A stretch of DNA of 55,759 nucleotides, taken from contig JYFJ02000643.1 in assembly GCA_000934665.2 (NCBI GenBank), positions 62,001 through 117,759 of the forward strand. Direction: 5' to 3'. Source of the stretch: Catajapyx aquilonaris (Eukaryota). Under the pieces are notes generated by a model, which was not told the origin of the DNA, did not search any database, and saw nothing but the letters and a program-made list of their open reading frames with translations. Below, piece by piece: positions 37,545 through 49,292 of the stretch (the stretch's first letter is position 1; every line of letters begins with the position of its first letter). The position numbers were made by a program, and so were the translations under genes.

Positions 37545-37890
37545 TGTCGTATCGAATCGTATCTTATTGCATATCGAATCGTATCTTATTGCATATCGAA
37601 TCGTATCTTCTTGCATATCGAATCATATCTTATTGCATATCGAATCATATCGAATCATACCTTCTTGCATATCGAATCATATCGAATCAAATTGTATAGT
37701 GTAGTATCGAATCATATCGAATCAAATTGTATAGTGTAGTATCGAATCATATCGAATCATATCTTCTTGCGTATCGAATCATATCTTATTGCATATCGAA
37801 TCATATCAAATCATATCTTCATGCGTATCGAATCATATCGAATCAAATTGTATAGTGTAGTATCGAATCGTATCGCATCGTATCGTAGAG
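37545..37890. repeat. Pentamer-derived tandem repeat (atcga/atcat/atcgt) with ~22- and ~35-bp higher-order units
   Basis: Directly visible. A related short tract lies at ~19049-19086. Confidence 0.9.
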
Positions 37891-40773
37891 TATATCGTCA
37901 AATATCGCAAAATCGAGCCTAATCAGACCATCGTAACAAGAAGAGGTGATTTGCAGGGCATGACAGCCAGAGTAAATATCGTAAGCTGCGAAATGATTCT
38001 CCATCAATGATCCAACCAGTCCAAAGGGAAATCTCGAAGCCATTTATGACTCATTTTCTTTCCAAGTCGGCCTCAATTTTCCACCTTCGGTCGATATACG
38101 TTTTTTCTTCTTCTTCTTTTAAATCGTATGAAAATTTTTGAACAAAAAATCAGTCGTCCTGTTACAGAGTTGCGGAACAGCAGAGCCATGGGAAATAAAC
38201 TCTGCTGATTATTCCAGGGACATAAACGAGCCCATGTAACGAGTGGTAACATTGGCGAGTTTGTTCATTAGCGTTGGGAGACACTACCTGCTGGGGGCTG
38301 TGAAAGGACGAGGGGCGAAAAAGCTCAAACACCTGACAAACCTCATATGAATCCCAGGAAGCTGATTAGCACTACATGGATGGTGTCAAGCTCCATGAGT
38401 CATTAAATATAAGGAGCAATTTGGGTCTCATTTGGAGGATTTCTTTTGACCAGGGAGATCTGGAATTTCATATTAGATGCGGAATAAATTCTATGGTTTT
38501 CAGCTCGATCTATTGTACTATTGAGAGCAATCGGCTCTGATTAATGGGACTATGTCCAGGAGATTAATATTCGAAGGTGTTCAGGTGTTTGATTCCGTGT
38601 CAGTGCATGTATTGTCTAATTTAGGCTAAGGTAGTCATTAGATGTTCATCAGCAAAAATCTAGGAAGTATTCAGAATTCAATTTCATTATATTAAAACGC
38701 AGTATACGCCCAACGGAAATGTCACATTTCATTAACTGGAATGTACTGTTTCAATGCGAAATGAAAGTACGAAATGCTTCTATACATTCTTCATCCGACT
38801 CTAAAATACTCCGCAATTTGCACCTCTTTTCCCTTCAGGCAAACCAGGTCGCCAACTTGATTTAGGCACCATCCCATTTAGGTTGTCAGGGACCCACAAC
38901 TAATGCATCTTCCGTGAGCCCCATGCATTTTCAACTTGACAATGTAAAGCTCCCCTAGTTGCACCACATAATTTTCTCCTGTCGTACGCGAAGAATTCCC
39001 TAGACTCACTCCAATGGAACAATGATATGGCTTTAAAACCAACAATGTGAGTTCGATCAAAATATATGTAGGTGAATTTATTATTTTAATTGCAAACTGT
39101 AACAACTATATATAGAGGGTGGTCAATATATATCTGCTTGTCCACTCATTGTGCTGATTGTGCGAAAACAACCCTGCTGGGACAGCTGAGATTGCAATTT
39201 TTTGTCTTCATTTTTTTCTGGATAGATCATCTCAATTTGGCCAGATGGACACTGCCTGACCGAATATAATGGATAGGACAGGGATTGGCCATGGCATGGT
39301 CTCCTCCTGGGTGTGGAATCCCCATCGGAAATTGATTTCTCTGAGAGTCAACAGGTGGATTTTGCTGTGGAAGCAACTCACCTAAACTAATCCAAGCCTC
39401 GCTTTGCTGCTGCCATCCACATACTGTCATCTGTTTGCACATAATTGCATATTGTCTACTCGACACTTCCCAATAACGTCGCGCACACATGGAGAGAGCC
39501 AGAGTACTTAAAAAATCGCACATCAAGCCCAAAAAAATTGGGTGCAATATCTCATGCAGCAGGTTTTGTTGACTCTTAAATATTGCGGATTTTTCAGACC
39601 TCGATGGTGCTACATTGCTATAATGTGTGGGAGGACAGAAATGGCAAACAATAATTCTAGGATGATGATGCCAATTTCCGACGCACAGATGGCATTGGAG
39701 TGCGGCAGAGGAGATTTTCCGGGGTGTTTCAGCACCATCTGCAGACAGTTTCAAGCACTAAATCAGGCTTGGAAAATCAGGCGTGGAGCACACATGCTCG
39801 GTAATAAATTAATAATATTTGGTAGCTCGAGACTGGAATGATACAAGACTGTATTCCACGGAAACACTTTTTAGTGTGGACTGGATGGATACACCAAAAA
39901 AAATTAAATGTTATTAACATACAGTGTAAAAGTGCAATTTTTCCTGTGAAATAATAATAATAAGTCGACATGAGATTCAATGATATAGTGATTATTTGAA
40001 CCTAATACATAATCAACTCAAAGGAGAATTGGAGAACACCGCTTCCAATGTAAGAACTGGTACTACGTGCAAAAAATTAATCTCTAATAATTGTATGCAC
40101 AATCTCAGTAACACTACATAATCAGATATTTTCTTAGATTAAGTTGGCGCAACTTAGATACGCTAACCACAAATACTAACATATTATTTAAAGTCTTTTA
40201 CTGCCCATTTCGCCTGCATTTTCCGACCTAATAGTTATCCAAACATATGCAATAAATTTATTTCAAGTATGTGATGTCCTGCATAGGCACCACTTTACAT
40301 TATACAACTCTATATGTGATGCAACCCACCTTCAGGCAATATGCTCGAAAAGTTTATATTATTCCAAGTTAGCAAGAGTTATATTATATTATTTCACTGT
40401 CCATGTCTTGGAGGCTTGAAAATATTCTGTACGCTTCAAACAGCGAGTCCAACATTCATGCATGATAAATGGTACCTGGCCCAAAGCCGCAGCAACAAGT
40501 TCTCTATTTAGATTGTATTATTTAAGCTATCTTGCCGCCTGCTCCGTGCATGACTTGTTTTATGTAACCTGTAAGCCGCGTCGGTCTCTGTGCATTATTC
40601 ATCCTTACTCTTCTCAAGTGGTCGCTTTATATGGGTGAAGGTTCTCTCCTTCCTCGTCACTTTGGCTGAAAGCTATTAATGGCATACAGTAATTTTGTCC
40701 AGGATGGACTAAATTCAAGTTTGTTATAACTGCCAGACACATTATTGTGGGAATCTGTATCTGCAGTAGAAAA

Positions 40774-40824
40774 AATGATTCCAGGAAGGATGACGTTTCA
40801 AACGTCATCCTTCCTGGAATCATT
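40774..40824. repeat. Perfect palindrome, 25-bp arms, 1-nt spacer
   Basis: aatgattccaggaaggatgacgttt-c-aaacgtcatccttcctggaatcatt. Confidence 0.95.
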
Positions 40825-43800
40825 ACGTTTGCAAATTGTTATGCTGTCAATATGTCTTCTTGCATTTTTTGACCAAAAAGACGCCTTGTCAGAATGTACG
40901 AAATAATGTTGTTTGACTTTTACGGTGACATGAATCATCGTTTACGCTTATAAATCTGCTCCTTACGGTCTATTTGCGTGGAATTGATTGCGTCCATATA
41001 TTACAAGTTATGAGTATATTGGAGAAATCAATGGCGTGACTGACATGCCATAAAAGGTGGGTCTCTTTGTTCGCCACTTCATAAAATAATCCTGTTAGTA
41101 TAACTTTTTTCTAATGGTACATTTTCTGCTGAAAGTGACAGCGCCCTTAGGGAGGCTTTAGAAGAAGCCATAATGGTTGATAACGTCTGGAACAAAAAAA
41201 ATAACAGTGGCATCCTTATAATTAAGGCATTTCTAAAATTTTGCATATTTTTATAGCGCAGAATGGCATATTAATTTTTGTTCAATCGGATATAAGAGCG
41301 ATTAGTATTATGACAAATATTCTCGCACTAATATTTCCTTCAATCCGAACACAAGAATCAAGAAAGCGCGTACACCTCAATCAATACACACACAAAACAG
41401 CTACATATACCTTTTCCATGTACCCAAATTAAGGGCGGAATAAACACACCCATTCTCGCTCACACACCTATCACAATCATCACCAAATGAATCACTGCGA
41501 CAAGAATCAGCAACAAGCTCGCCGTTCCCTCGATTAGGGAGGGACACGGTAGAAACTCGATACAAATCAGCATATACACTAGGGGGAAAAAAATATGTTT
41601 CCGCAGACAATTCTTCCCAAGATATATACAAGAGGCGGAGGGGTCATAACCCATTTATGGCCCATATATCACGCGAAAATCTGAGCGATTTTAAGGTGAG
41701 CCAGAAACGTGGGAATGCCACCAGGTCTCGATGTCTTTTGTCTCCAAAACCTTCAACCTCTCTATGTCTTACACAGCATGCATTGCTTCTATCCCCTGCG
41801 TCTGTAGCTCTTGGCGCTGTCTTTAGAATTTCATAATGTATAGTAAGGTGGGAGGTGGGAGGGGGAGGACCGGGTATGGTGTGTTTCTTTCACAAGAGTT
41901 TCTTCGATTGTAGTGGGAACCAGGCAGCTGGAGCCAGCTTTGTTCGGGCATTAGTATTCTATTTCTGCGGCTCAATATGGGATGTGAAGAAAGCCTTTTC
42001 CTTTTTTTCTTCTTCTTTTTTTTCTGAAGAAAGAAAAGGAGATAGGGAGAGAGGGTTGGGCGTGTTTTTGGGGGGAGAGGGTGCAAAGAACGGTATCGAC
42101 AGAATTGATTTGCAGAAGGTGCTGATGAGGAAGGCATACTGTGTGTGGTGTAAGGCCTCAAGGAATAAACATGTCCATGGCTTTTTCTTTGGTGGGGGGA
42201 CAGAGTGTGCAAGTGATTCCCACGAGCTGCCACTTTAGGAGCCAAGTTCGTATGTTACAGAAAAGTGGACTGTGGTCACCTTTTCTTGCGTGTGCACAAT
42301 TGCAAGGGTTGATGTATGTAAGGAGGGCTGAATCACGCAGGCTTTTCAGGTGATAATAAAGTCGTGATTTTTTTTTTGCGACGATTGACATTTAGCGTGT
42401 TGTAACTGAGATGTCCATTTCTGCTTTTATTGCTGAGCATACAATTTACAATATTTTTTAGCAATCACTATCGGCTTTGAAACAGCTCAGCTTTTGTCTA
42501 AAACAAACAAAACCACAACACAATTGCTGAACCATCTGCTAGAACTTCATTGGCCTCAATTTGAACATATTTAATAATCATAATAAATTCACTCTGCAAA
42601 GCCTATTTTCTCATACGCTACATAAGCACGTGTACAGCAGGTGCTCACTGTCAGTATAATCAAAAGTTGGTACAACATGCGAGCAGCGAGAGTAAATATG
42701 GTCGACTTTGCAAGCCCGATCTGCAGGTAAAACCCTGAAGGCAATTTTAGAAAAATTAATATTCTCCGCCTCCCTGTGTTTTAGTTATATTTAATACAGT
42801 ATGCTCCCCCGCCTTGAAAATGCTCGGATAATTTCGCATTTTATACTGTATGTGACGAGAGGAAAATTTTATGTGCCAGTGTTGATACAGGCAACATGTC
42901 TGGCTGCAAGAGCAAGGCATGATGCATAATGTATAAAATTCTTAATGAACACGCCGCTGCCACAATATTTCGAGGCAGGTACTTTTCCAGGGCAAAAGTC
43001 GTGGGGGGCGCTCTAATACAGCAAAATATTATTGTAAGCAAGTTTATTTTGGCCTGTTAAACACGCTTTTGAAAAGAGGAAGATCCCTCAGGGACAACAA
43101 AACTAGACGAGTGCGCCGCAGTTTTAATGTTAGAGCAAATACACAAGCCCTCCGTTTCGTGCTGGTTTTTAATTGCACGGCTGCTCACGGAATCGAGACT
43201 AATTATTGTAGCTGGGGTAAGTGAAGTGGAATTATAAGGTTGAAATAACATTCCGAATGAATAATTACTGTAGAGAAATGCGTCTAATTTTTTTTGTTTG
43301 AAAAATAGTGCAGCGGTCTGTGCTCTTGCTGAGTTGCAAGTGCAATTGCGCTGCAATGAGCAATAATCATAATAATTACAGTTTTGTTTGTGTGATTACA
43401 ATGAGCATCAGTACTGAACTGTGTTGCACTGGATTCTTTGATTAATGTTAATTATCAGCATTCCGCCATATTTGCAGACAAAATGGCATCTCTACATAAC
43501 TTTATTATTTTATTATTAATTATTATTCCCAGCAGGAGTTTGATTGATTGTGAAACAGTATGCGGTATAGGAAATGTCATGATCGCTTGATACCTACATT
43601 CTTGACTGATAACGATCAAGCGACCCTTTGAGCTATAGACGTTCAAAGTCACGATTTCAATCGCGATTGGAATTCATGGAATACAATGTGTGAATGATAC
43701 GGGATGAAAATATTATGATTTCGTCAGTCAGTTGTGTCATCCTCGACTTATTCTGACGTCTAATAGTCACACTGATGTTTGTTTAAAGGCCGGATTTACG

Positions 43801-44252
43801 TGCATTCAGATGCTGAATGTGGACATCGAAATCGTCTGACGTCAATCTGGAGTAGGCCTACTACAAAATGATAGCGATAATGGATGTATTTATTATCACA
43901 ACAAACACTGCGACTGACCTCATCCAGCACTGTCTTAATTATTTCAGCCAATCAGCAATTTTACAACTGGAATTTTTACCCGTTTCAAATACATTATGTA
44001 CGGTACTGCAACAATACATATGGACTGTAAATCATATATCTACCGTATTTAAAAATGATTGCTCATGTTTGTTAAACCTATCTAAAAAGTTCAGTTTGTT
44101 TACAAACAAATCGAGCCTACATTTCGATGAGCAAATGCAGTTACGTCAATTAAAAATATTCCCACAACGCAATTATACTTATCCTGCGCTCCACGAAACT
44201 TATGTGGCAGGAATGTTTGGCGGGTCGCCTTACGCGCAGGATTATTCTTTAT

Positions 44253-44529
44253 CAGTGGTTCCCAAACGTTTTTTGGTCATGGCCCACATCAGATAGGGAA
44301 AATGTCTCGCGGCCCACCTAATGAGCCATTTACACCTCGTCACCTCCCTTATTGAGAGCTGCAAAAATCATGCTACACAATATATGTATTTTTTTTACGT
44401 ACTGTGCTCTTGCTCCTCATTTTGCAAGATCGTTATTTCATAGTTTAAAAAAAAAATAAAGCTCGCGGCCCACTTGGAGGAGCCTCGCGGCCCACCAGTG
44501 GGCCGCGGCCCATAGTTTGGGAACCAAAG
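44253..44529. mobile_element. hAT (Charlie-like) MITE, ~277 bp
   Basis: Left end cagtggttcccaaac; right end gtttgggaacca(aag) with the last bases degenerate. Repeated gcggccca subterminal motifs. TSD not recognisable. Confidence 0.8.
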
Positions 44530-46404
44530 GGATCATGTCTCAGGTTACTCCGTGGTAGCAGTCCATGTAAATAATAATCAGAGCAAGTTTCTCTCTAGTT
44601 TCAACTGGCCGATCCGAAACATGCGCGCGCATCCCCACTCCAACAAACTCCCACCTAAGAAACACCTATCTGGTGAGAGCACGTTCAAGCAACACTCTTG
44701 AAGTCCCCTTTTCCGACCAACCCAAAGTGAAACAAAAGCATTGCCTGTCCACACCCAATTGGACGTCCCAGCTGAATGTGTGTGTAAGCAAAAGGGTCAA
44801 ATCCGCAGTGCAGAGCCAGAGTTTTTTTTTTTTTTTGAAACCATGAGAGGGGGGAAGGAGGAGAGGGGAGGGAGGGATGGGAGGATGTCGGCGACAGGTT
44901 GGAGGTAGTAAAGACATTAAAAGGGCCCTAATTGAATGTTCGTCGTGAAGGCCCGAGTTGGTGGGAACTATTGACTGGCGCGGTAGCAAGTGTGGGAACC
45001 GTGTCAGATGGGTGGGCCAGGCTCCCATCGCCCCCAGATTAATGGTGATGGCCACTAATTGATCCGATGCCGGGAGCAAGAAGAGGGTGGTACTCCGGCC
45101 CAGGGGTGGGAGGGAGGGAACAGGGGGGAAGAGGTGCTGGGGAACAAGCCACCAGGTACATATATGTTTCTCCAATCTTTTTTTGTGTGGAAGGGGTTGC
45201 TAACTGCAGTTTAAGGCTGTGGGTACGAGTTTCTTCAGGATGAAGTATTTCTTGCAAGATATTCTGCAGCTAGGAACCTACACGTGGTGACTCATCACCT
45301 AGATGCATGTTAACATATTATCTGGTAGTGACCGGTACTACGTCCATGTGGACGGTCCGGGCAGTGTTGCCAAGTTTTGACAACTACAATAGTAAGTGAT
45401 AAGTGCAGCCCCAGTATCACCCCCCTCTCACCCAATAATAACAGTGCACCTGAGTAGCACAATCGTTGGGGGAGCATAATAAAAAGGGCATAGCAGTGCC
45501 ACTGTTCCAAAAAGTGGACCCGGAGAGCTGATTCACGCCGAGGGAATCGACCACCTGCTCCTTGTATTGATAAACCATCATGGAAACAAAATCGGGGAGG
45601 CCCCTGTCTCTGAAAGCTAATAGGGTAAAGATGCACCTTAATGCACTTGCGGTTTTCGCTCTCTCAATTCAATTACAGCCTCTATATATACACATACATC
45701 AAGTAGTTTTTTTTTCCTGCAGGGTGGCCATCACTTCCTTGGATACCCAATTACAGACACGTCACAGCATGATAACTGGTATTCGCTGTCGTCGGGAAAG
45801 TGAAGGCCTCGTTTTCCATGCATGATGATTAAAATGCTTGACAAAATGTATGCGTGGCATCACGGCAGGTTGGGTCATTCGGGCGACAGGTGGAGTGGCG
45901 GTCGTGCGTGCGCCACCTGCAGTGGAACTCGGGGAACTAGCGTGAGTGTGTATAACACATGTGGGAATAAGCATATTCGGATGGGAGAGTGGGATTCATG
46001 GACCGCACGGTACTGAATGGGATATTAGGCGGATTAAAAGTGTACGAATGTATAACTATGCACGTCCGTTATGGCTACAGGGTAGCCAAAAAGATCCAAA
46101 AAGGCAAAAAAAAATTGACTTTTTCTTCATTTTTTGTAGAGTTCATTTATCAACTTATTGCAAAAATTTGCCGAATGCTACTCACAGGAAGTGAACCAAA
46201 CCAGACGAATCTTGACCTCAATTTTGAATATTTTTTCAACAGATGGCGTGCTGATCTTAAGTTGTCACGATGCACTGGTGCCATCTAGACTCAATCAGCA
46301 CGTACTAATCGTGTTGAAAACTGTTCGTTTTGTGTAGTGTGAATAAATTACAAAAATTTGCAGTCTCTGAAATTGACACCTCTGAGCCAAATTGGACAGT
46401 GTTG

Positions 46405-46550
46405 GACATTAATCGAGGTATACTGCCAGCGACATTTTCCGAAGCGGCAGAAGAAGGAATCGAAGATAAGGATACTGGAAGCCGGGGGAGCAAGATTCCT
46501 TCTTCTGCCGCTTCGGAAAATGTCGCTAGCAGTATGGCTCGATTAATGTC
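46405..46550. repeat. Near-perfect inverted repeat (57-nt arms, 3 mismatches, 32-nt loop) between ~100-bp diverged direct repeats
   Basis: gacattaatcgag...gcgacattttccgaagcggcagaagaaggaatc and its reverse complement at 46494-46550. Direct repeats at ~46204-46311 and ~46559-46660. Confidence 0.9.
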
Positions 46551-49027
46551 GAGCACTTGACAAATCTTGACACCAAGTTGGACCTTCTTCTAACAGATAG
46601 CGCGCTGATCGTACGTTAGCTCAGTGGAGCCATCTAGACCTAATCGGCAAGAACTAATGGCATTCTTTTGGCAAGTTATGAACAAAACGAAGTTTATGTT
46701 CCCTTTTCTCTAACTGAAACTCGGTTCTGGCTTCGTAGGGCGTTTCTATTGAGATTTCGTCATGCGGAGCAATGAATGCGGTCGTTGGGAGGCGTCGCGA
46801 CGAGCCACCCAAAGCACCCAGAGTTGGATTTTGCGGGGTTGTACCGCCCGAGTCCTCGTTTCTTTTCTCACGACAGCAGCACCCCCATGCCTTTCTGAAA
46901 GGTTTCGCCCTTAAAAATAGAAAATGGCATTACATTGTGCTGGCAATGGGAAAGAAATTTGCATAATTGACAAAGCCTCATTTGCATGGCGTGGGAAAGA
47001 ATAATAGAAAAGGGCAAAGCTTCTGCGTGAGTTCCCCAAGGAATAAATCTACGGTAAAGTTGAAGAGAGAAGCTTCCTCTTCCGAAACTAAAACAAAGCG
47101 GATAAAACAACACTGTCGAAGTGCTTCGATGGAATGAGAAAACTATTTAAGTAAACTCTCCGGGCGACAGGTAAGGAGGCAGGAAAATTTTGATGTGCTG
47201 AATATCTGGTCAAGAAATATTCCTCGAGTTTTTTTTTCCTTCGTTTTCTTGAAGAAGCGCTTTGAGGCAAAATGGTAGAACTTTAGGAGACTCCTATAAG
47301 TTTTCAGTTTCTGTTAAAGAAAAAAAAATGGCAACCTTTCCAATGCAAAAGCTCCCCTGCGGGCTCCCAACATGTACAGTCACAACAATAGCAATGGCTC
47401 GAATTAAATGAATGTATAAGCAACACAAGAGCGACTCCACATTAATTCTGTGAAAACAAACCGGGAACGTTTCTCCATCAACACTGCCGCTCTCTGGGGG
47501 CCCGCTTTCGAAATATTTCTGAGGGGGGGGGGGGGTAGGAAAGGGAATGGGTTTTTGGTATTTTGCGTATTGAAATGAGATTAGTAATGTCAACCCCCAC
47601 CATCGTTGCGGTGCAGATTCACAGGTCCGGATAAATTAAGCTCCGGGTTGTGTGTTCTTGCAAAAGCAAACGTTTTGCCCGCTTCGTCCTATAGGATTGA
47701 AAGAGCAGCAGGAAGTTTATATGCATGTATTATCTAATGTTGCCTTTCTGTCACCGGGGCGGTTGGGTCCTAAAAATTTGGCCAACCCTTCTGTCTAAAT
47801 CGACCAGGTCGCTAAATTATGCCTGTAATATAACGGCGAATAAATAACTGCGGTCGGAACCCGGAGTTTTATCAGGTGCAGGGAGAGAAAAATATTCATG
47901 CAGTTACGCCAGAGCATTATTCACTCCCCGTTCCAGAAATCTGGATAATGTGGCCAGCCATCTGACCATGCAGGGGAGCTCAATTATCTACCTCAGCACC
48001 GACCTAACTACAATAATTAATTTCCGGACGTTAATTTACTAATCATATTCACAGGAGCTCATTAACGCCAGGGATATACATTACAGGGTGATGCACTGCT
48101 GAAATTTGCAGTTCAAGAGGGAAGAAGAATAAGTTATTGCTCTATCCAGCAGGAGACTTAACATAGGCTACCACATAAAATAATTACAAAGAAAATATGC
48201 TACATTACAATAATGACAAATCTAGTTTCAATTGCTCTATGTAACGCAATAAATTTTTGTATATATCCTACCGGTATTATATTTTTAACCTCATATTGGA
48301 CATTTCTTCCATAAGAATTTTGCAAGCAAAAAAACTTCGGCACCAGTAAATATGTTTGAGGAGTAATGTTAATGCATCTCGGTAATTAATTAACGAGATT
48401 TATATTGTGTGAACATGGTTTTTACTTACATAATAATTATGCAATTTTAGTGTTTTCCACATCTGCGATAGTGCAACCTATTTTAAAATTGCTCACCGAG
48501 TGAAATGAAAAAGATGCTGGAGGCAACTTTGGCCATTTATTTCCATTTTTGTGGTTTGGCTCATCCGAGACATTCCCTATTACAAAAGTTATTACTTTTG
48601 AATTTTGTGTGGATGAATTCCCTTCTGGAACAATGCCTAGCAACCCGAACGAACACATACAAAGAGAACCTGTACAAAATGTAAACTCCGGTACAGTGTC
48701 AAAGTACATAAACACGTGGTATGAAAATATGTTATGATGAAATATACAAACGTGTCAAAATATACATATACACCTTTGTGGGAATAAGTCACTAATAAAA
48801 TATTCTTCCTTGAAAGGTCAGGTAATACGATATAAATCTCATATTTTCTGTGAAGGATAATTTAAATCGCAGGTGAAAACGGCAGAGGTTAAGTGGAACT
48901 AATTTAAATTTCACTTCTTTGTGCAGCATAAATAACTTTGCATTTGTTACTAAAGCAAATATGTTGTATGCCAACAAGGCACAATGCAAATATTGAAGAT
49001 GGCAGTAATTCTAACCATAATTTTAGC

Positions 49028-49292
49028 ATAATAAATTAAAATGTTACAGAAACTATATTTTCCTATATTTTCAAATATCTCTGAAGAAATATTCTTCCGC
49101 ACTGCAAGTTATATGAATTTTGCAATGTGTACTCAACATCCAGCCACATATTGCCAAATTCATATAACGTGCAGTGAGGAACAATATTTCTTCAAAGATA
49201 TTTGAAAATATTCACAAGGAAAATATAGTTACTGTAACATTTTAATGTATTATCAGTTGCTGTGTACTCAACATCCAGCCACATAGCAACTG
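49028..49292. repeat. Long imperfect palindrome (~100-bp arms) followed by an exact copy of its loop region in a second small hairpin
   Basis: Arms 49028-49130 / 49146-49253. The 25-mer tgtgtactcaacatccagccacata occurs at 49126-49150 and 49261-49285. Confidence 0.88.

Noticed and set aside
39227..39841. Overlapping ORFs, one containing GDFPGCFSTI, reminiscent of a reverse-transcriptase motif
   Set aside because: No other RT motifs nearby and the ORFs are short; treated as coincidence pending a profile search.
41823..45636. Several 100-170-aa ORFs in purine-rich stretches
   Set aside because: Compositionally biased, with no domain motifs and no coherent exon structure.
46305..46560. Two antiparallel ORFs with near-identical peptides (ATFSEAAEEGI)
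   Set aside because: Artefact of the DNA inverted repeat.
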